Notes: generated by a model from the sequence alone, not told the origin. Positions 41,070-50,163 are shown, numbered from the stretch's first letter. The stretch is DNA of 64,000 nt from Candidatus Poribacteria bacterium (GCA_965214095.1 OZ243938.1:32001-96000); one strand, 5' to 3'. Translations and numbers: made by a program.

Positions 41070-42368
41070 CTAATCGTCTTCAAATCTAATTTTCATGGCA
41101 GCGGCATGACCTTCTAATCCTTCTACTTCAGCGAGTTTTACAACATCTGGTGTAACTTTGTCTAATGCTGTTTTTGTATAGGAAATAAGACTGGTCTTTT
41201 TCAGAAAGTCATCCACACTCAACGAGGATGCATAACGAGCAGCGTTGCCTGTAGGAAGAATATGATTGGGTCCAGCAATATAATCACCGACTGCTTCGGG
41301 TGAGTAAGGACCGATGAATATCGCACCTGCGTTCCGAATGTCTCCAATCCAATCAAATGGATCTTCAATGTGAAGTTCTACGTGTTCAGGGGCAATTTTG
41401 TTTGTAATGTCCACAGCTTCTTCTATATTATTGACGATAATTGCAACACCATAATTTTCAAATGCTTTCACCAATTCGTATTGTCTTGGGAGAGTCTGTG
41501 CTTGGAGTTCTACTGCTCCTTTAACTTGCTCCGCGAATCCGCGTGATGTTGTTATCAGAATTGCAGAACATTCTGCCCCGTGTTCCGCTTGTGAAATCAG
41601 ATCTGCTGCGACAAAATCAGGATCAGCAGCACTATCGGCAATGACAAGGATTTCACTTGGACCTGCTAATTTGTCAATTCCAACCTGACCAAAGACCTCT
41701 TTCTTCGCCATCTGAACAAATAAGTTTCCTGGACCAGCAATTTTATCTACTGGAGGAATTGTCTCTGTGCCATAAGCCATTGCAGCGACTGCTTGAGCAC
41801 CGCCGCATTTGTATATCTCATCAATTCCACATTCTGCTGCAGCGACCAGCATGTGTGGATCAATATGACGATTCCGCATCGGTCCCATACATACTGCAAT
41901 TTCTTCTACACCTGCTACGGTAGCCGGTATAACACTCATAAGGAGTGATGACACCAATAGTTGACTCACAGATGGTACACAGACACCAACACGTCTTAAT
42001 GGACGAACAAGCTGTCCTAACAAAACCCCATCTTCCTCGGTGGATAACCAAGATGATTGCAGCTGCTTCTTATGGAAACTTTCTATTTTTTCCTTAGCAT
42101 GGACAATAGCATCTATATAATCAGATTTGACATCGGAATAGGCTTGTTTAAATTCCCGAGGCAGTACCTTTAAACTCTTCGTTGATAGACGCGGGGCATC
42201 ATATTTTCGAGTATAGCGAGCAACTGCTTTGTCACCTTCTTCCCGCACTTCACTGATTGTTCTCCGCACAGTTCTCAGGATATTTTCATCCATCAACTTT
42301 CCACGATCATTCAGTTTTGTAAGAAAGGATGCGCTTTCTGGGGTATCTATTTCAACTATTCGTAACAT
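41070..42368 (-). CDS. hisD: Histidinol dehydrogenase
   Basis: GGAQAVAAMAYGTE, GPGN, AGPSE, DLISQAEH, APEH, GDYIAGPNHILPT. Confidence 0.95.
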   Translation of the reverse strand: MLRIVEIDTPESASFLTKLNDRGKLMDENILRTVRRTISEVREEGDKAVARYTRKYDAPRLSTKSLKVLPREFKQAYSDVKSDYIDAIVHAKEKIESFHKKQLQSSWLSTEEDGVLLGQLVRPLRRVGVCVPSVSQLLVSSLLMSVIPATVAGVEEIAVCMGPMRNRHIDPHMLVAAAECGIDEIYKCGGAQAVAAMAYGTETIPPVDKIAGPGNLFVQMAKKEVFGQVGIDKLAGPSEILVIADSAADPDFVAADLISQAEHGAECSAILITTSRGFAEQVKGAVELQAQTLPRQYELVKAFENYGVAIIVNNIEEAVDITNKIAPEHVELHIEDPFDWIGDIRNAGAIFIGPYSPEAVGDYIAGPNHILPTGNAARYASSLSVDDFLKKTSLISYTKTALDKVTPDVVKLAEVEGLEGHAAAMKIRFEDD

Positions 42369-42400
42369 ATCAGGTTAATGTCCCGTTTCCTTGTGTGGTT

Positions 42401-43669
42401 TCACTCATCATTCAATCTAACAATGTCTGCGCCAAGACCTTTTAGTTTGTCCTCAATAGCTTCGTATCCTCTGTCAATGTGATAGATACGAGAAACAACA
42501 GTTTCGCTAGATGCTGCCAATCCAGCTACAACAAGCACTGCACCAGCCCGTAAATCGGATGCCATAACAGGTGCTCCACTAAGATATGACACGCCATTGA
42601 TTATTGCTTTGCGTCCGTCAAGTTTTATATCAGCACCCATTCTGTTGAGTTCTGCAGCGTGAATAAAGCGATCAGTGTGAACATTCTCCGTTATTGTACT
42701 TTTACCTGACGCAAGACTGAGTAGTCCCATAATCTGTGCCTGCATATCAGTTGGAAACCCTGGGAACGGGACTGTTTTCACATCAACGGCTTTGAGTTGC
42801 TTTGGTGTCGTGACCCGCACACCCGTTTCGTTCCAATCTAACTGCACACCCGTTTCAATGAGTTTCTCAGATATAGCAGGAATCTGTTTTTGTGTTATTC
42901 CTTCAACAAAGACATCACCATTTGTGATAGCTCCAGCGACCATAAACGTTCCTGCTTCAATATCATCAGAAACCACTGTGTGTTCTGTTCCATGTAATTG
43001 CTTTACACCCCGTATCGTCAACTTAGAAGTACCGATACCTTTTATATCTGCCCCCATAGCATTCAAAAATGTTGCGAGATCGGATATATGCGGTTCACGG
43101 GCTGCACCGCGTAGAACAGTTGTACCCTGTGCTAAGGTCGCAGCCATCATAACATTTGCTGTTGCCCCGACACTTGGACCATATTGTCCAGAAAGGTTCA
43201 TATCACAACCGACTAACTTGTCAGTCTGTGCATAGATATATCCTTTCTTTACATCTACATCTGCTCCTAATCCCTCTAAACCACGTATATGTAAATCAAC
43301 TGGACGCGGACCGATGGCACATCCACCTGGGAAAGAGACTTTTGCTCTACCTAACTTGGCAACCAGTGGTCCTAATACATAAATTGATGCCCGCATCTGT
43401 CGCACTAGGTCGTAGGGTGCTTCGTATTCCATTCGGTTAATTGGTTCAATATAGAGAGAACCGTTTTTTCGTGTGATTGATGCTCCAAGTCCTTCAAGTA
43501 CTGCACTCAGTGTTTTTACATCTGTGAGATTCGGCACATTATGTAGTACACTTACACCATCTCCGAGAATTGCTGCCGCTACAGCGATGGGAAGGACTGC
43601 ATTTTTTGAACCACTTATCTTAACAGTCCCTTCAAGTCTGTTTCCGCCGTTGATTATGAACTTTTGCAT
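42401..43669 (-). CDS. murA: UDP-N-acetylglucosamine 1-carboxyvinyltransferase
   Basis: SGSKNAVLP, MRASI, PGGCAIGPRPVDLH (active-site Cys present), PGFPTDMQAQ, DLRAGA, HIDRGY. Confidence 0.97.
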   Translation of the reverse strand: MQKFIINGGNRLEGTVKISGSKNAVLPIAVAAAILGDGVSVLHNVPNLTDVKTLSAVLEGLGASITRKNGSLYIEPINRMEYEAPYDLVRQMRASIYVLGPLVAKLGRAKVSFPGGCAIGPRPVDLHIRGLEGLGADVDVKKGYIYAQTDKLVGCDMNLSGQYGPSVGATANVMMAATLAQGTTVLRGAAREPHISDLATFLNAMGADIKGIGTSKLTIRGVKQLHGTEHTVVSDDIEAGTFMVAGAITNGDVFVEGITQKQIPAISEKLIETGVQLDWNETGVRVTTPKQLKAVDVKTVPFPGFPTDMQAQIMGLLSLASGKSTITENVHTDRFIHAAELNRMGADIKLDGRKAIINGVSYLSGAPVMASDLRAGAVLVVAGLAASSETVVSRIYHIDRGYEAIEDKLKGLGADIVRLNDE

Positions 43670-43933
43670 TTTTTCTCCTTACTTTTGCCTTATATGTTTA
43701 TGTTTATGTAGAAATATTACATACTTTACTTATTTCTTGCATAAACGATGCCAATTATAAGGTTGTTACAAATATAAGTAAACTGGGGAAAATGCTGGTT
43801 AGTAATTGTATCAAAATAGACACATGTAAGTTTCTATATTCTATTAAACAAAGAAATGAATTGAATTGCAAATCAATTTTTGATACACTTTGATTAAAAT
43901 GTTAACATATTTTCATATTTTGAGGTAATACTT

Positions 43934-44983
43934 ATGGCAGATAAAACATATCGTGTTGGCGTAATTGGTTGTGGAGGCATGGGTCGCGCACATGCAAGAA
44001 GTTGGAATGGTTTTGATAATGTACAAGTCGTCACCGCTTCTGATATAAGTGCGGAATCTGCAGCTAAATTTGCAGATGAGCTATCTCTCAAAACACATTA
44101 TACTGATTTTGAGGAAATGTGTGAAAAAGAGGAACTTGATATTGTTAGTATCACTACATGGCAGAGCGTCCGGGCAGAACCTACAATCGCTGCAGCAGAA
44201 AACGGTGTGATTGGTGTCATAACCGAAAAACCGATGGCTGCATCTGTGGGTGATGCACAAGACATGATGAATGTTTGTGATAAGAACGGAACTAAGTTGG
44301 TTGTTGGACATCAACGTCGTTTCAGTGCTCAGAATTGCGAAGCACGAAGACTGATAGAAGAAGGCGCGATCGGACAACCCCAAACTATGCTACGTCGTGA
44401 TGGCCATGGTCTGTTAAATCGTGGAACTCATGAAATTGACGAAATGCGATTTATTCTTGGAGACCCTGATCCACAATGGCTTATTGGTCAGGTGGAACGA
44501 AAAACCGACCGTTGGGAACGTAGAGTTCGCACAGAAGACCTTTGTATGGCTGAGATCTGTTTTGAAGGCGGTATCCGTGGGATTTATGAAAGTGATCTTC
44601 CAGGTCCAGGTTTGCGTGGTGATGCGGTCTACGGTGATGATGGACAACTACGTCGTGGTGAAGGTGGAACGATTGAAGTCCTAAATAGTAAAGCCGCTGG
44701 ATGGCAGACTATTAAGCCTCGACAAAGCGAACCTAATCAGTTTTCTGAGATGTTAGCATGGATTGAAGGCGATGTAGATGAACACCGTAATGCTGGCAGA
44801 CATGGACTCTGTACAATTGAAATCCTTATGGCATTTTATGAATCCGTTCGTATTCAAGGCGTTGTGACATTTCCACTCACAACCCGTCCAAACCCACTTG
44901 ATCTGTTAGTTGAAGGTGGTAAGTTACCCGTGTTTAAAGAGGGACGTTACGATATTCGTGCTCCTTTCCCAGAACAGAAGTAA
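43934..44983 (+). CDS. Gfo/Idh/MocA family oxidoreductase
   Basis: GCGGMG, EKPMA, GHQRRF, GTHEID. Confidence 0.9.
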   Translation: MADKTYRVGVIGCGGMGRAHARSWNGFDNVQVVTASDISAESAAKFADELSLKTHYTDFEEMCEKEELDIVSITTWQSVRAEPTIAAAENGVIGVITEKPMAASVGDAQDMMNVCDKNGTKLVVGHQRRFSAQNCEARRLIEEGAIGQPQTMLRRDGHGLLNRGTHEIDEMRFILGDPDPQWLIGQVERKTDRWERRVRTEDLCMAEICFEGGIRGIYESDLPGPGLRGDAVYGDDGQLRRGEGGTIEVLNSKAAGWQTIKPRQSEPNQFSEMLAWIEGDVDEHRNAGRHGLCTIEILMAFYESVRIQGVVTFPLTTRPNPLDLLVEGGKLPVFKEGRYDIRAPFPEQK

Positions 44984-45016
44984 ATAGTACAAATCACATA
45001 ATATAGATATTACTAC

Positions 45017-45037
45017 AAGGGTGGATTTTCCACCCTT
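45017..45037. terminator. Hairpin between convergent genes
   Basis: AAGGGTGGA-TTT-TCCACCCTT. Confidence 0.65.
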
Positions 45038-45913
45038 TTAACATTCTACATCTTTTCCCTCACTACCATATACATCCATCCGATCTTGCGTTGAGATGTC
45101 TCCGCTACTTGCTGGTTTATAGTGAAATTGGAGTGCTCTTCGTCTAAGTGAAGATTGATTTACAGGACTGCCATGATGTAGCAACCCGTGCCAAAATAGA
45201 CATCCTCCCGGTTGAAGTGGTACCATTGTATCCCGAGCAATCGGAACGTGTGTATCACATATCTGCCAATCTCTCCTCTTGAAGTGTATCATTGGACCTT
45301 CATTGTGCGAGCCAGGGATGATATGCATGCATCCATTTTCAGCAGTGGCTTCGTCTAATGCAATCCACACACCAACAACAGTTGTTCCTTCTTCCAAGTT
45401 AAAGTATGCACAATCTTGATGCCACGGTTTCTCAGAACCGAATAACTTTGGTTTGACCAATGCCATATCTTGAAATAACACGGGTGTATCATCCATAATA
45501 CGTTCTAACACACCGAGAAGTCCAGCATGTGCAGCCAATGCGTTCAAACGTGGTTCATGATTAACAAAACTGAATATCTTTCTTATCGCATCACGACGTT
45601 CATCTCCATCCATTTCATCTTTCTGCTTAGCGAGTTTCGGTTCATATTGGATTGCGCGAAAGTCAGGATTATTTCCATCCATCAGATAGACCATACCATC
45701 TAACGCATCTTGGATTTCGTCATGAGTGAATGCATCATTTATCACCAGATAACCATGATCATGAAAGTATTGAATCTCTGTTTCAGATACTGATGAAAAA
45801 CTACCAGATATACTATTTGCAACTGTATCAAAACTATACAAATCCTCTGGATAAGGAATGGCTATTGGTGTTGTTGCCACTTCTCTCGGTTGGTCAAGTG
45901 CTGGTGAGTTCAT
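45038..45913 (-). CDS. Phytanoyl-CoA dioxygenase (PhyH) family protein
   Basis: KPWHQD, WIALDEAT.ENGCMHIIPGSH, HHGSPVNQS...RR. Confidence 0.9.
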   Translation of the reverse strand: MNSPALDQPREVATTPIAIPYPEDLYSFDTVANSISGSFSSVSETEIQYFHDHGYLVINDAFTHDEIQDALDGMVYLMDGNNPDFRAIQYEPKLAKQKDEMDGDERRDAIRKIFSFVNHEPRLNALAAHAGLLGVLERIMDDTPVLFQDMALVKPKLFGSEKPWHQDCAYFNLEEGTTVVGVWIALDEATAENGCMHIIPGSHNEGPMIHFKRRDWQICDTHVPIARDTMVPLQPGGCLFWHGLLHHGSPVNQSSLRRRALQFHYKPASSGDISTQDRMDVYGSEGKDVEC

Positions 45914-45925
45914 ATAATACTCTCC

Positions 45926-46939
45926 TTATATTTCTCCTCTTCCTTCTTTTTCAAGTAATGTTAGGAAATTGTCCACGCGGTTGATGGCATTTTGGGCTCT
46001 TTCACGTTCTGATTCACTTTTCTCCTCTTCAGCAATCCACTGTTGTCGTTGAGGCAACCATTCTTCTTTCATGTATTTAAGTTGATTTAGAAAATGTGGG
46101 TCTTCTGTCTCGCTAACAAAATACTCAATAATACCGAGTAATCCGTATTTCCGGTTTATTTCCATGTCTTCTAATTCAGCCACCATTTGACTAAATAGTT
46201 GTTGATTCCGATCCTGCCTTGCTTGTGCAACTTCACGAGCAGATTCAGTTAGGAGTTTATCCACAAATTCCTGTTTGGAATTTATCCAACGAGGCAGATT
46301 TCGTACATACTCTTCTAAATTGAAGTTGCCGCGTTGGATAGCAAAATATGCATGTATATGAATATTACGGAAAAAACCTGTATAACCGATATTTGGATCC
46401 ATTGTATCAGCATCATAGAGAATCTGATTTTCAATGTTTCCATATAACAGTTTGAAGTTTTCAGCAGTAAGGTTCATAGGCTTCAAATGAGCCAGAACAA
46501 CTGCAGTTGCAGCCTCAACAAATTCAGGTTCGAAGTCATACATACCCAAGATATTCTCAGTAATCACTGCACCAGATTCATGGTGAACCTTACCGTGTAG
46601 ATTATGCTTCTTGTATAGATCAGTGACTACATTTTGTCCAGCAGGTGTTAATGTTTCGTTTAACCAAAATCCGTTGTGATCTAAGATACGTTTCCCGTTG
46701 TCATCAGTCAAGATTACACCATCATATCGTTTTGTGATGTCGTGTAACGTACCTGCGACTTCAAGTAGTTTGACATCGCCACCTTCGCGTCTACCAAGTT
46801 CCATGCTCATTGCACGCACACGCATTGTATGATTCCAGGTATAGTGTCTCCATTGGAATCCTACACGATTATGTTCCCAAAGACCGAAAGTTTCGTTGAC
46901 AAGAGTTTCCAGTTCATTCAAAACTTGAGTGTAGTTCAT
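45926..46939 (-). CDS. HD-domain metal-dependent phosphohydrolase
   Basis: H (NHTMRV), LHDITK, HH, LYDADTMD. Confidence 0.8.
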   Translation of the reverse strand: MNYTQVLNELETLVNETFGLWEHNRVGFQWRHYTWNHTMRVRAMSMELGRREGGDVKLLEVAGTLHDITKRYDGVILTDDNGKRILDHNGFWLNETLTPAGQNVVTDLYKKHNLHGKVHHESGAVITENILGMYDFEPEFVEAATAVVLAHLKPMNLTAENFKLLYGNIENQILYDADTMDPNIGYTGFFRNIHIHAYFAIQRGNFNLEEYVRNLPRWINSKQEFVDKLLTESAREVAQARQDRNQQLFSQMVAELEDMEINRKYGLLGIIEYFVSETEDPHFLNQLKYMKEEWLPQRQQWIAEEEKSESERERAQNAINRVDNFLTLLEKEGRGEI

Positions 46940-46952
46940 AAATACCTCGTAA

Positions 46953-47708
46953 TTATTCGTTATATTTAACGCTGGTAAGTGACAACCCGTGTGCAGGTGC
47001 TGATGGACCTGCCATTGATCTATCCCTCAACTCCATAATATCATGAAACATCTTACATGCTACCTCTACATTTCTGTTTGCTTTCTTCATGCATTTCAAT
47101 GCAGTGCCAACAATTGCACGAACCATTCCTCGCAAAAACGAATCTGCTTCAATTTCAAAAAAGACATAGTCATCTGTTCTATAGCAACTTGCATCGAAAA
47201 TCTCACACACAGGATTCAATCTATCGCTTCCCGTTTTTTGAAAGGAAGAAAAATCCAATTTACCATTCATGCAGCGACAAATCGCATCAAGTGAATCAAC
47301 CGCAATTGGTAATGAGAACAAGTATGCTGTGTGCCGTCTCAGTGCTGATGGATAGTCTCTGTTTAGAATAGTATACCTATATTGTCGACTCTTAGCACTA
47401 AATCTTGCATGAAAATCTGTTGGCACTTCATCAACATCTGTAACAACAATATCTCGTGGTAAAAAGGTGTTAAGTCCTTTTTGAAAGGCTATCGTTGGAA
47501 TTGATAATTCGGTAAAGAAGTTTGCCACTTGTCCTTCTGCGTGCACGCCAGTATCTGTCCTACCAGCACCGATAATCTGAATCGGAGTTTTCGTAAGCTG
47601 TGCCAAGGCATCTTCAACCTTATCCTGAATTGTAGGAAGTTCCGGTTGCTTCTGCCATCCGTGATAATTAGTGCCATCATATTCAAGTACAAGTTTGATA
47701 TTTCTCAT
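46953..47708 (-). CDS. truA: tRNA pseudouridine(38-40) synthase
   Basis: YDGTNYHGWQKQ, GAGRTDTGVHA, FHARFSA, SFLRGMVRAIVG, APAHGL. Confidence 0.96.
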   Translation of the reverse strand: MRNIKLVLEYDGTNYHGWQKQPELPTIQDKVEDALAQLTKTPIQIIGAGRTDTGVHAEGQVANFFTELSIPTIAFQKGLNTFLPRDIVVTDVDEVPTDFHARFSAKSRQYRYTILNRDYPSALRRHTAYLFSLPIAVDSLDAICRCMNGKLDFSSFQKTGSDRLNPVCEIFDASCYRTDDYVFFEIEADSFLRGMVRAIVGTALKCMKKANRNVEVACKMFHDIMELRDRSMAGPSAPAHGLSLTSVKYNE

Positions 47709-47743
47709 TCTGCCACATTGAAACAGATTTGTATTCGGATTAC

Positions 47744-48175
47744 TTGACCGCTCCTACACCTAAAGGAGTGGGATTCTTGTTCCTACTCCGAGCAATTTAG
47801 GATTTAGATTTATGCCACTTGCAAAGTCAATCTATTGGGTCATCTTCCTCACTTTAGAACATGTGTTCCGTGTGAGGTTTCCCACTCCAGACATGATGTC
47901 TTGTTGGGACAACACAGGTTACAAAACCTGCGGTGCGGGTCATGAGGCACTCTACGGAAAACTTTGTTGCTTACAAAGCCGACCGATACTTTTGACTGTC
48001 AGTTACAGTGTCAAAACTTATGAATATATCAGCGTTCCTATCTTTCAAGGCTTTTCGCTTATGTTTCATGTTTTTCGCAGTGTCTTGGTTTTCTGCATCT
48101 GCTCATTCCGCTACAAAGGAGTGGTAGAGAACATTAGCAAGGAATGCCAAAGTTGTAATTCTCTACCAGCAGATG
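47744..48175 (-). ncRNA. Candidate ~430-nt structured RNA ending in an omegaRNA-like 3' module at the right end
   Basis: Many helices, several with G-U pairs only on the minus strand; GAAA loops; dedicated upstream promoter. Confidence 0.55.
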
Positions 48176-48180
48176 TCCGA

Positions 48181-48209
48181 ATTATACTACATTTTAACTA
48201 TAAAGCCAA
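48181..48209 (-). promoter_or_regulatory. Sigma70 promoter inside the non-autonomous element
   Basis: TTGGCT-N17-TATAAT on the minus strand. Confidence 0.65.
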
Positions 48210-48293
48210 GTGTTTTTGATTAACAAACATAACGGTTTCCGTTGGACATCACAAACCTAAAGGATTGGGTTTTGAACGGAACGTCCTGATAAG

Positions 48294-48321
48294 ATTATCA
48301 TATACTATATTCAGGTGTCAA
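48294..48321 (-). promoter_or_regulatory. Probable native truA promoter in the 55-bp spacer between the two IS elements
   Basis: TTGACA-N16-GATAAT on the minus strand. Confidence 0.45.
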
Positions 48322-48348
48322 ATGAAATTGTATATATGATATATTCAA

Positions 48349-49611
48349 CTACCCAAGCCTAAAGGCATTAGGATTGTTAAGAGGTTCAAACAGCGATAAC
48401 TGAATGATTTTCTTCTCCATAGCCTTTGTTGCTTCGTTCTTGTTTCTCGTTTCATAGAGGGTGGTAACCCACCGCTCTCCACGACGGGCAGCAGCTGCCC
48501 GAAAAAGTCCGTTTATTGCAGCGTTGTGGTCTCGGTCAAGCGAGTGTCCACAATATCCGCAGTTGAATGTCCGCACCGATAGCGATATTTTTTTCGGTGC
48601 TTTCTGTCCGCAGCAAGAGCAAGTTTGCGAGGTGTTCTTTGGATCGACTTGGTAGAAATGGAAACCGTCTCTTTCGGCTATGTTCCCACACCACTCAAAG
48701 AAGTGTGCCCAAGACGCATCGCTGATACTCTTGCTGAGGTGTTTGTTCTGAACCATATTGGCAGTATTTAGATTTTCGGTTACCAAGACATTATTTTTCT
48801 TATGATGGTAGAGTTTGTAAACGAGTTTACCGATAAAGTCTCTGCGTCTGTTTACAGTGCGCTCCTGATGTAAAGCGAGTTTGTGTTGTTGTTTCTTTCT
48901 ACGGTGAGAACCTAACTTTTTACGAGAAAGGTCTTTAGCGTGCTTGCGGAGTAATCCCTCCGCTTTGCGATACCAACGCGGGTTGTCAACTTTTTCACCC
49001 TCAGATGTCGTCAAATAGTGGTTCGTGCCGACATCAACGGCAACAGCACGGGTCGGTTCCACTTTCGGTGTATCACCAATGTCGCAGGAGATATGTGCAT
49101 ACCACCCGGAGGCTTTTTTCACGATAGTAACCTCTTTCGGGTCACCTTGGATGGGACGGGACATCCGCATCTTGATTTCACCGAGTTTGGGCACAATCAG
49201 TCTATCTAAACGGTGCTTCGTTGGACGAATAGGATTTTGACGAATGCCTGCTTTGTTCTTACGTAGACTCCAGGTGAGAGAACGGATACGTTTGCGATAG
49301 CGTGGGAATCCCGGTTTTTCACCACCTTGTTTGACACGACGGAAAAAGTTCGCAAAAGCTTTGTTCACACGTTGAAGTGCGTGTTTCTGAAACTCTTGCG
49401 GCACAATGTCGAAGTCTTCATACTTTGCACGTGCTTGTGTCAGAAGTCGACACTGTTCAGCATAACTTACAGAACGTTTCTTTTCTTCATACGCACGCAT
49501 ACGATTCAGTCGCGCTGAGTTGTGTAACTCACACAAATGCGAAAGATATTGATATAACTCGGTTTCTTGCGTAGGTGTCGGATACAAGCGGTATTTGAAC
49601 GTTAAAACCAT
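48349..49611 (-). CDS. tnpB: RNA-guided endonuclease TnpB (IS200/IS605 OrfB)
   Basis: FKYRLYPT, KPGFPRYR, RuvC D (AVDVG), E (VTENL), D (DRDHNAAIN), Zn finger TSQTCSCC...CGYC. Confidence 0.95.
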   Translation of the reverse strand: MVLTFKYRLYPTPTQETELYQYLSHLCELHNSARLNRMRAYEEKKRSVSYAEQCRLLTQARAKYEDFDIVPQEFQKHALQRVNKAFANFFRRVKQGGEKPGFPRYRKRIRSLTWSLRKNKAGIRQNPIRPTKHRLDRLIVPKLGEIKMRMSRPIQGDPKEVTIVKKASGWYAHISCDIGDTPKVEPTRAVAVDVGTNHYLTTSEGEKVDNPRWYRKAEGLLRKHAKDLSRKKLGSHRRKKQQHKLALHQERTVNRRRDFIGKLVYKLYHHKKNNVLVTENLNTANMVQNKHLSKSISDASWAHFFEWCGNIAERDGFHFYQVDPKNTSQTCSCCGQKAPKKISLSVRTFNCGYCGHSLDRDHNAAINGLFRAAAARRGERWVTTLYETRNKNEATKAMEKKIIQLSLFEPLNNPNAFRLG

Positions 49612-50027
49612 TATTTACCTCGCTGGTTCTCTACATACTTGCGAAGCACTTCTAAAGTGATACCCCCTGTGGAGGCGATAAATCTAGAACGCGTCCAAAG
49701 CGAGGGAATACGAGATTTCAGAGAGGGATACTCATCACGCAACACACGAGAAGTCCAACCTTTGATCTTGCCAACGACAGATGCAGGAGCGAGTTGGGGA
49801 CTACTACTCATCAGAATATGAACATGGTCATCCATCACTTCACAGGCGTGCACTTCATACCCATAAACCTCTTGTTGTTCATAGATCAGTGTTTTGAGCC
49901 GTTCAGCAATAGGAGAGACAAGCACAGGACGACGATATTTTGTGCACCAAATCACATGGTAATCACAACTATAGACTAAAGAATGAGTTGATTTGTAGGT
50001 AGAGGGTTTTTCTTTAAGTTCTAACAT
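49611..50027 (-). CDS. tnpA: IS200/IS605 Y1 HUH transposase TnpA
   Basis: YHVIWCTKYRR, HUH motif DHVH, LWTRS, catalytic YVENQ. Confidence 0.95.
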   Translation of the reverse strand: MLELKEKPSTYKSTHSLVYSCDYHVIWCTKYRRPVLVSPIAERLKTLIYEQQEVYGYEVHACEVMDDHVHILMSSSPQLAPASVVGKIKGWTSRVLRDEYPSLKSRIPSLWTRSRFIASTGGITLEVLRKYVENQRGK

Positions 50028-50060
50028 TCTATATATTCATTTATTAGATATATATTATAT

Positions 50061-50089
50061 ATAATAACATATATTTAGTTAATAGTCAA
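50061..50089 (-). promoter_or_regulatory. tnpA-tnpB promoter
   Basis: TTGACT-N17-TATTAT with extended TG, between the left-end hairpin and tnpA. Confidence 0.55.
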
Positions 50090-50163
50090 ATATATTTGGG
50101 CTAAAGCAAAGAAAAGTCCTCATATCCCAAGTCTAAAGACTTGGGCTTCACGGACTATGAGAG

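Larger units (their letters stand above)
47744..48288 (-). mobile_element. Non-autonomous IS200/IS605-type element (545 bp, no transposase) with structured RNA-like cargo
   Basis: Minus strand left end TTAT|CAGGACG...AAAA-CCCAATCC-TTTA-GGTTTG; right end GAAT-CCCACTCC-TTTA-GGTGTAGGAGCGG-TCAA|; guide/cleavage pairs AAAA/TTAT and GAAT/TCAA fit the IS608 rule. Confidence 0.8.
48344..50163 (-). mobile_element. Complete IS200/IS605-family insertion sequence (tnpA-tnpB), 1820 bp
   Basis: Left hairpin GAAG-CCCAAGTC-TTTA-GACTTGGG after target TTCAC; right end CAAT-CCTAATGCC-TTTA-GGCTTGGG-TAGTTGAA; joining the flanks restores the MITE end TTCAC|TATA; no target duplication. Confidence 0.92.

Noticed and set aside
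47812-48219. 135-aa plus-strand ORF inside the non-autonomous element
   Set aside because: No RBS or recognisable motif, atypical Cys-rich composition, antisense to the element's promoter and overlapping its -10/-35; probably a shadow ORF.
47744-48288. Group I intron / IStron interpretation
   Set aside because: The element ends in TCAA rather than a terminal G, is not inside an ORF, and I could not find P7-type core motifs by eye. A covariance-model scan is needed to exclude it fully.
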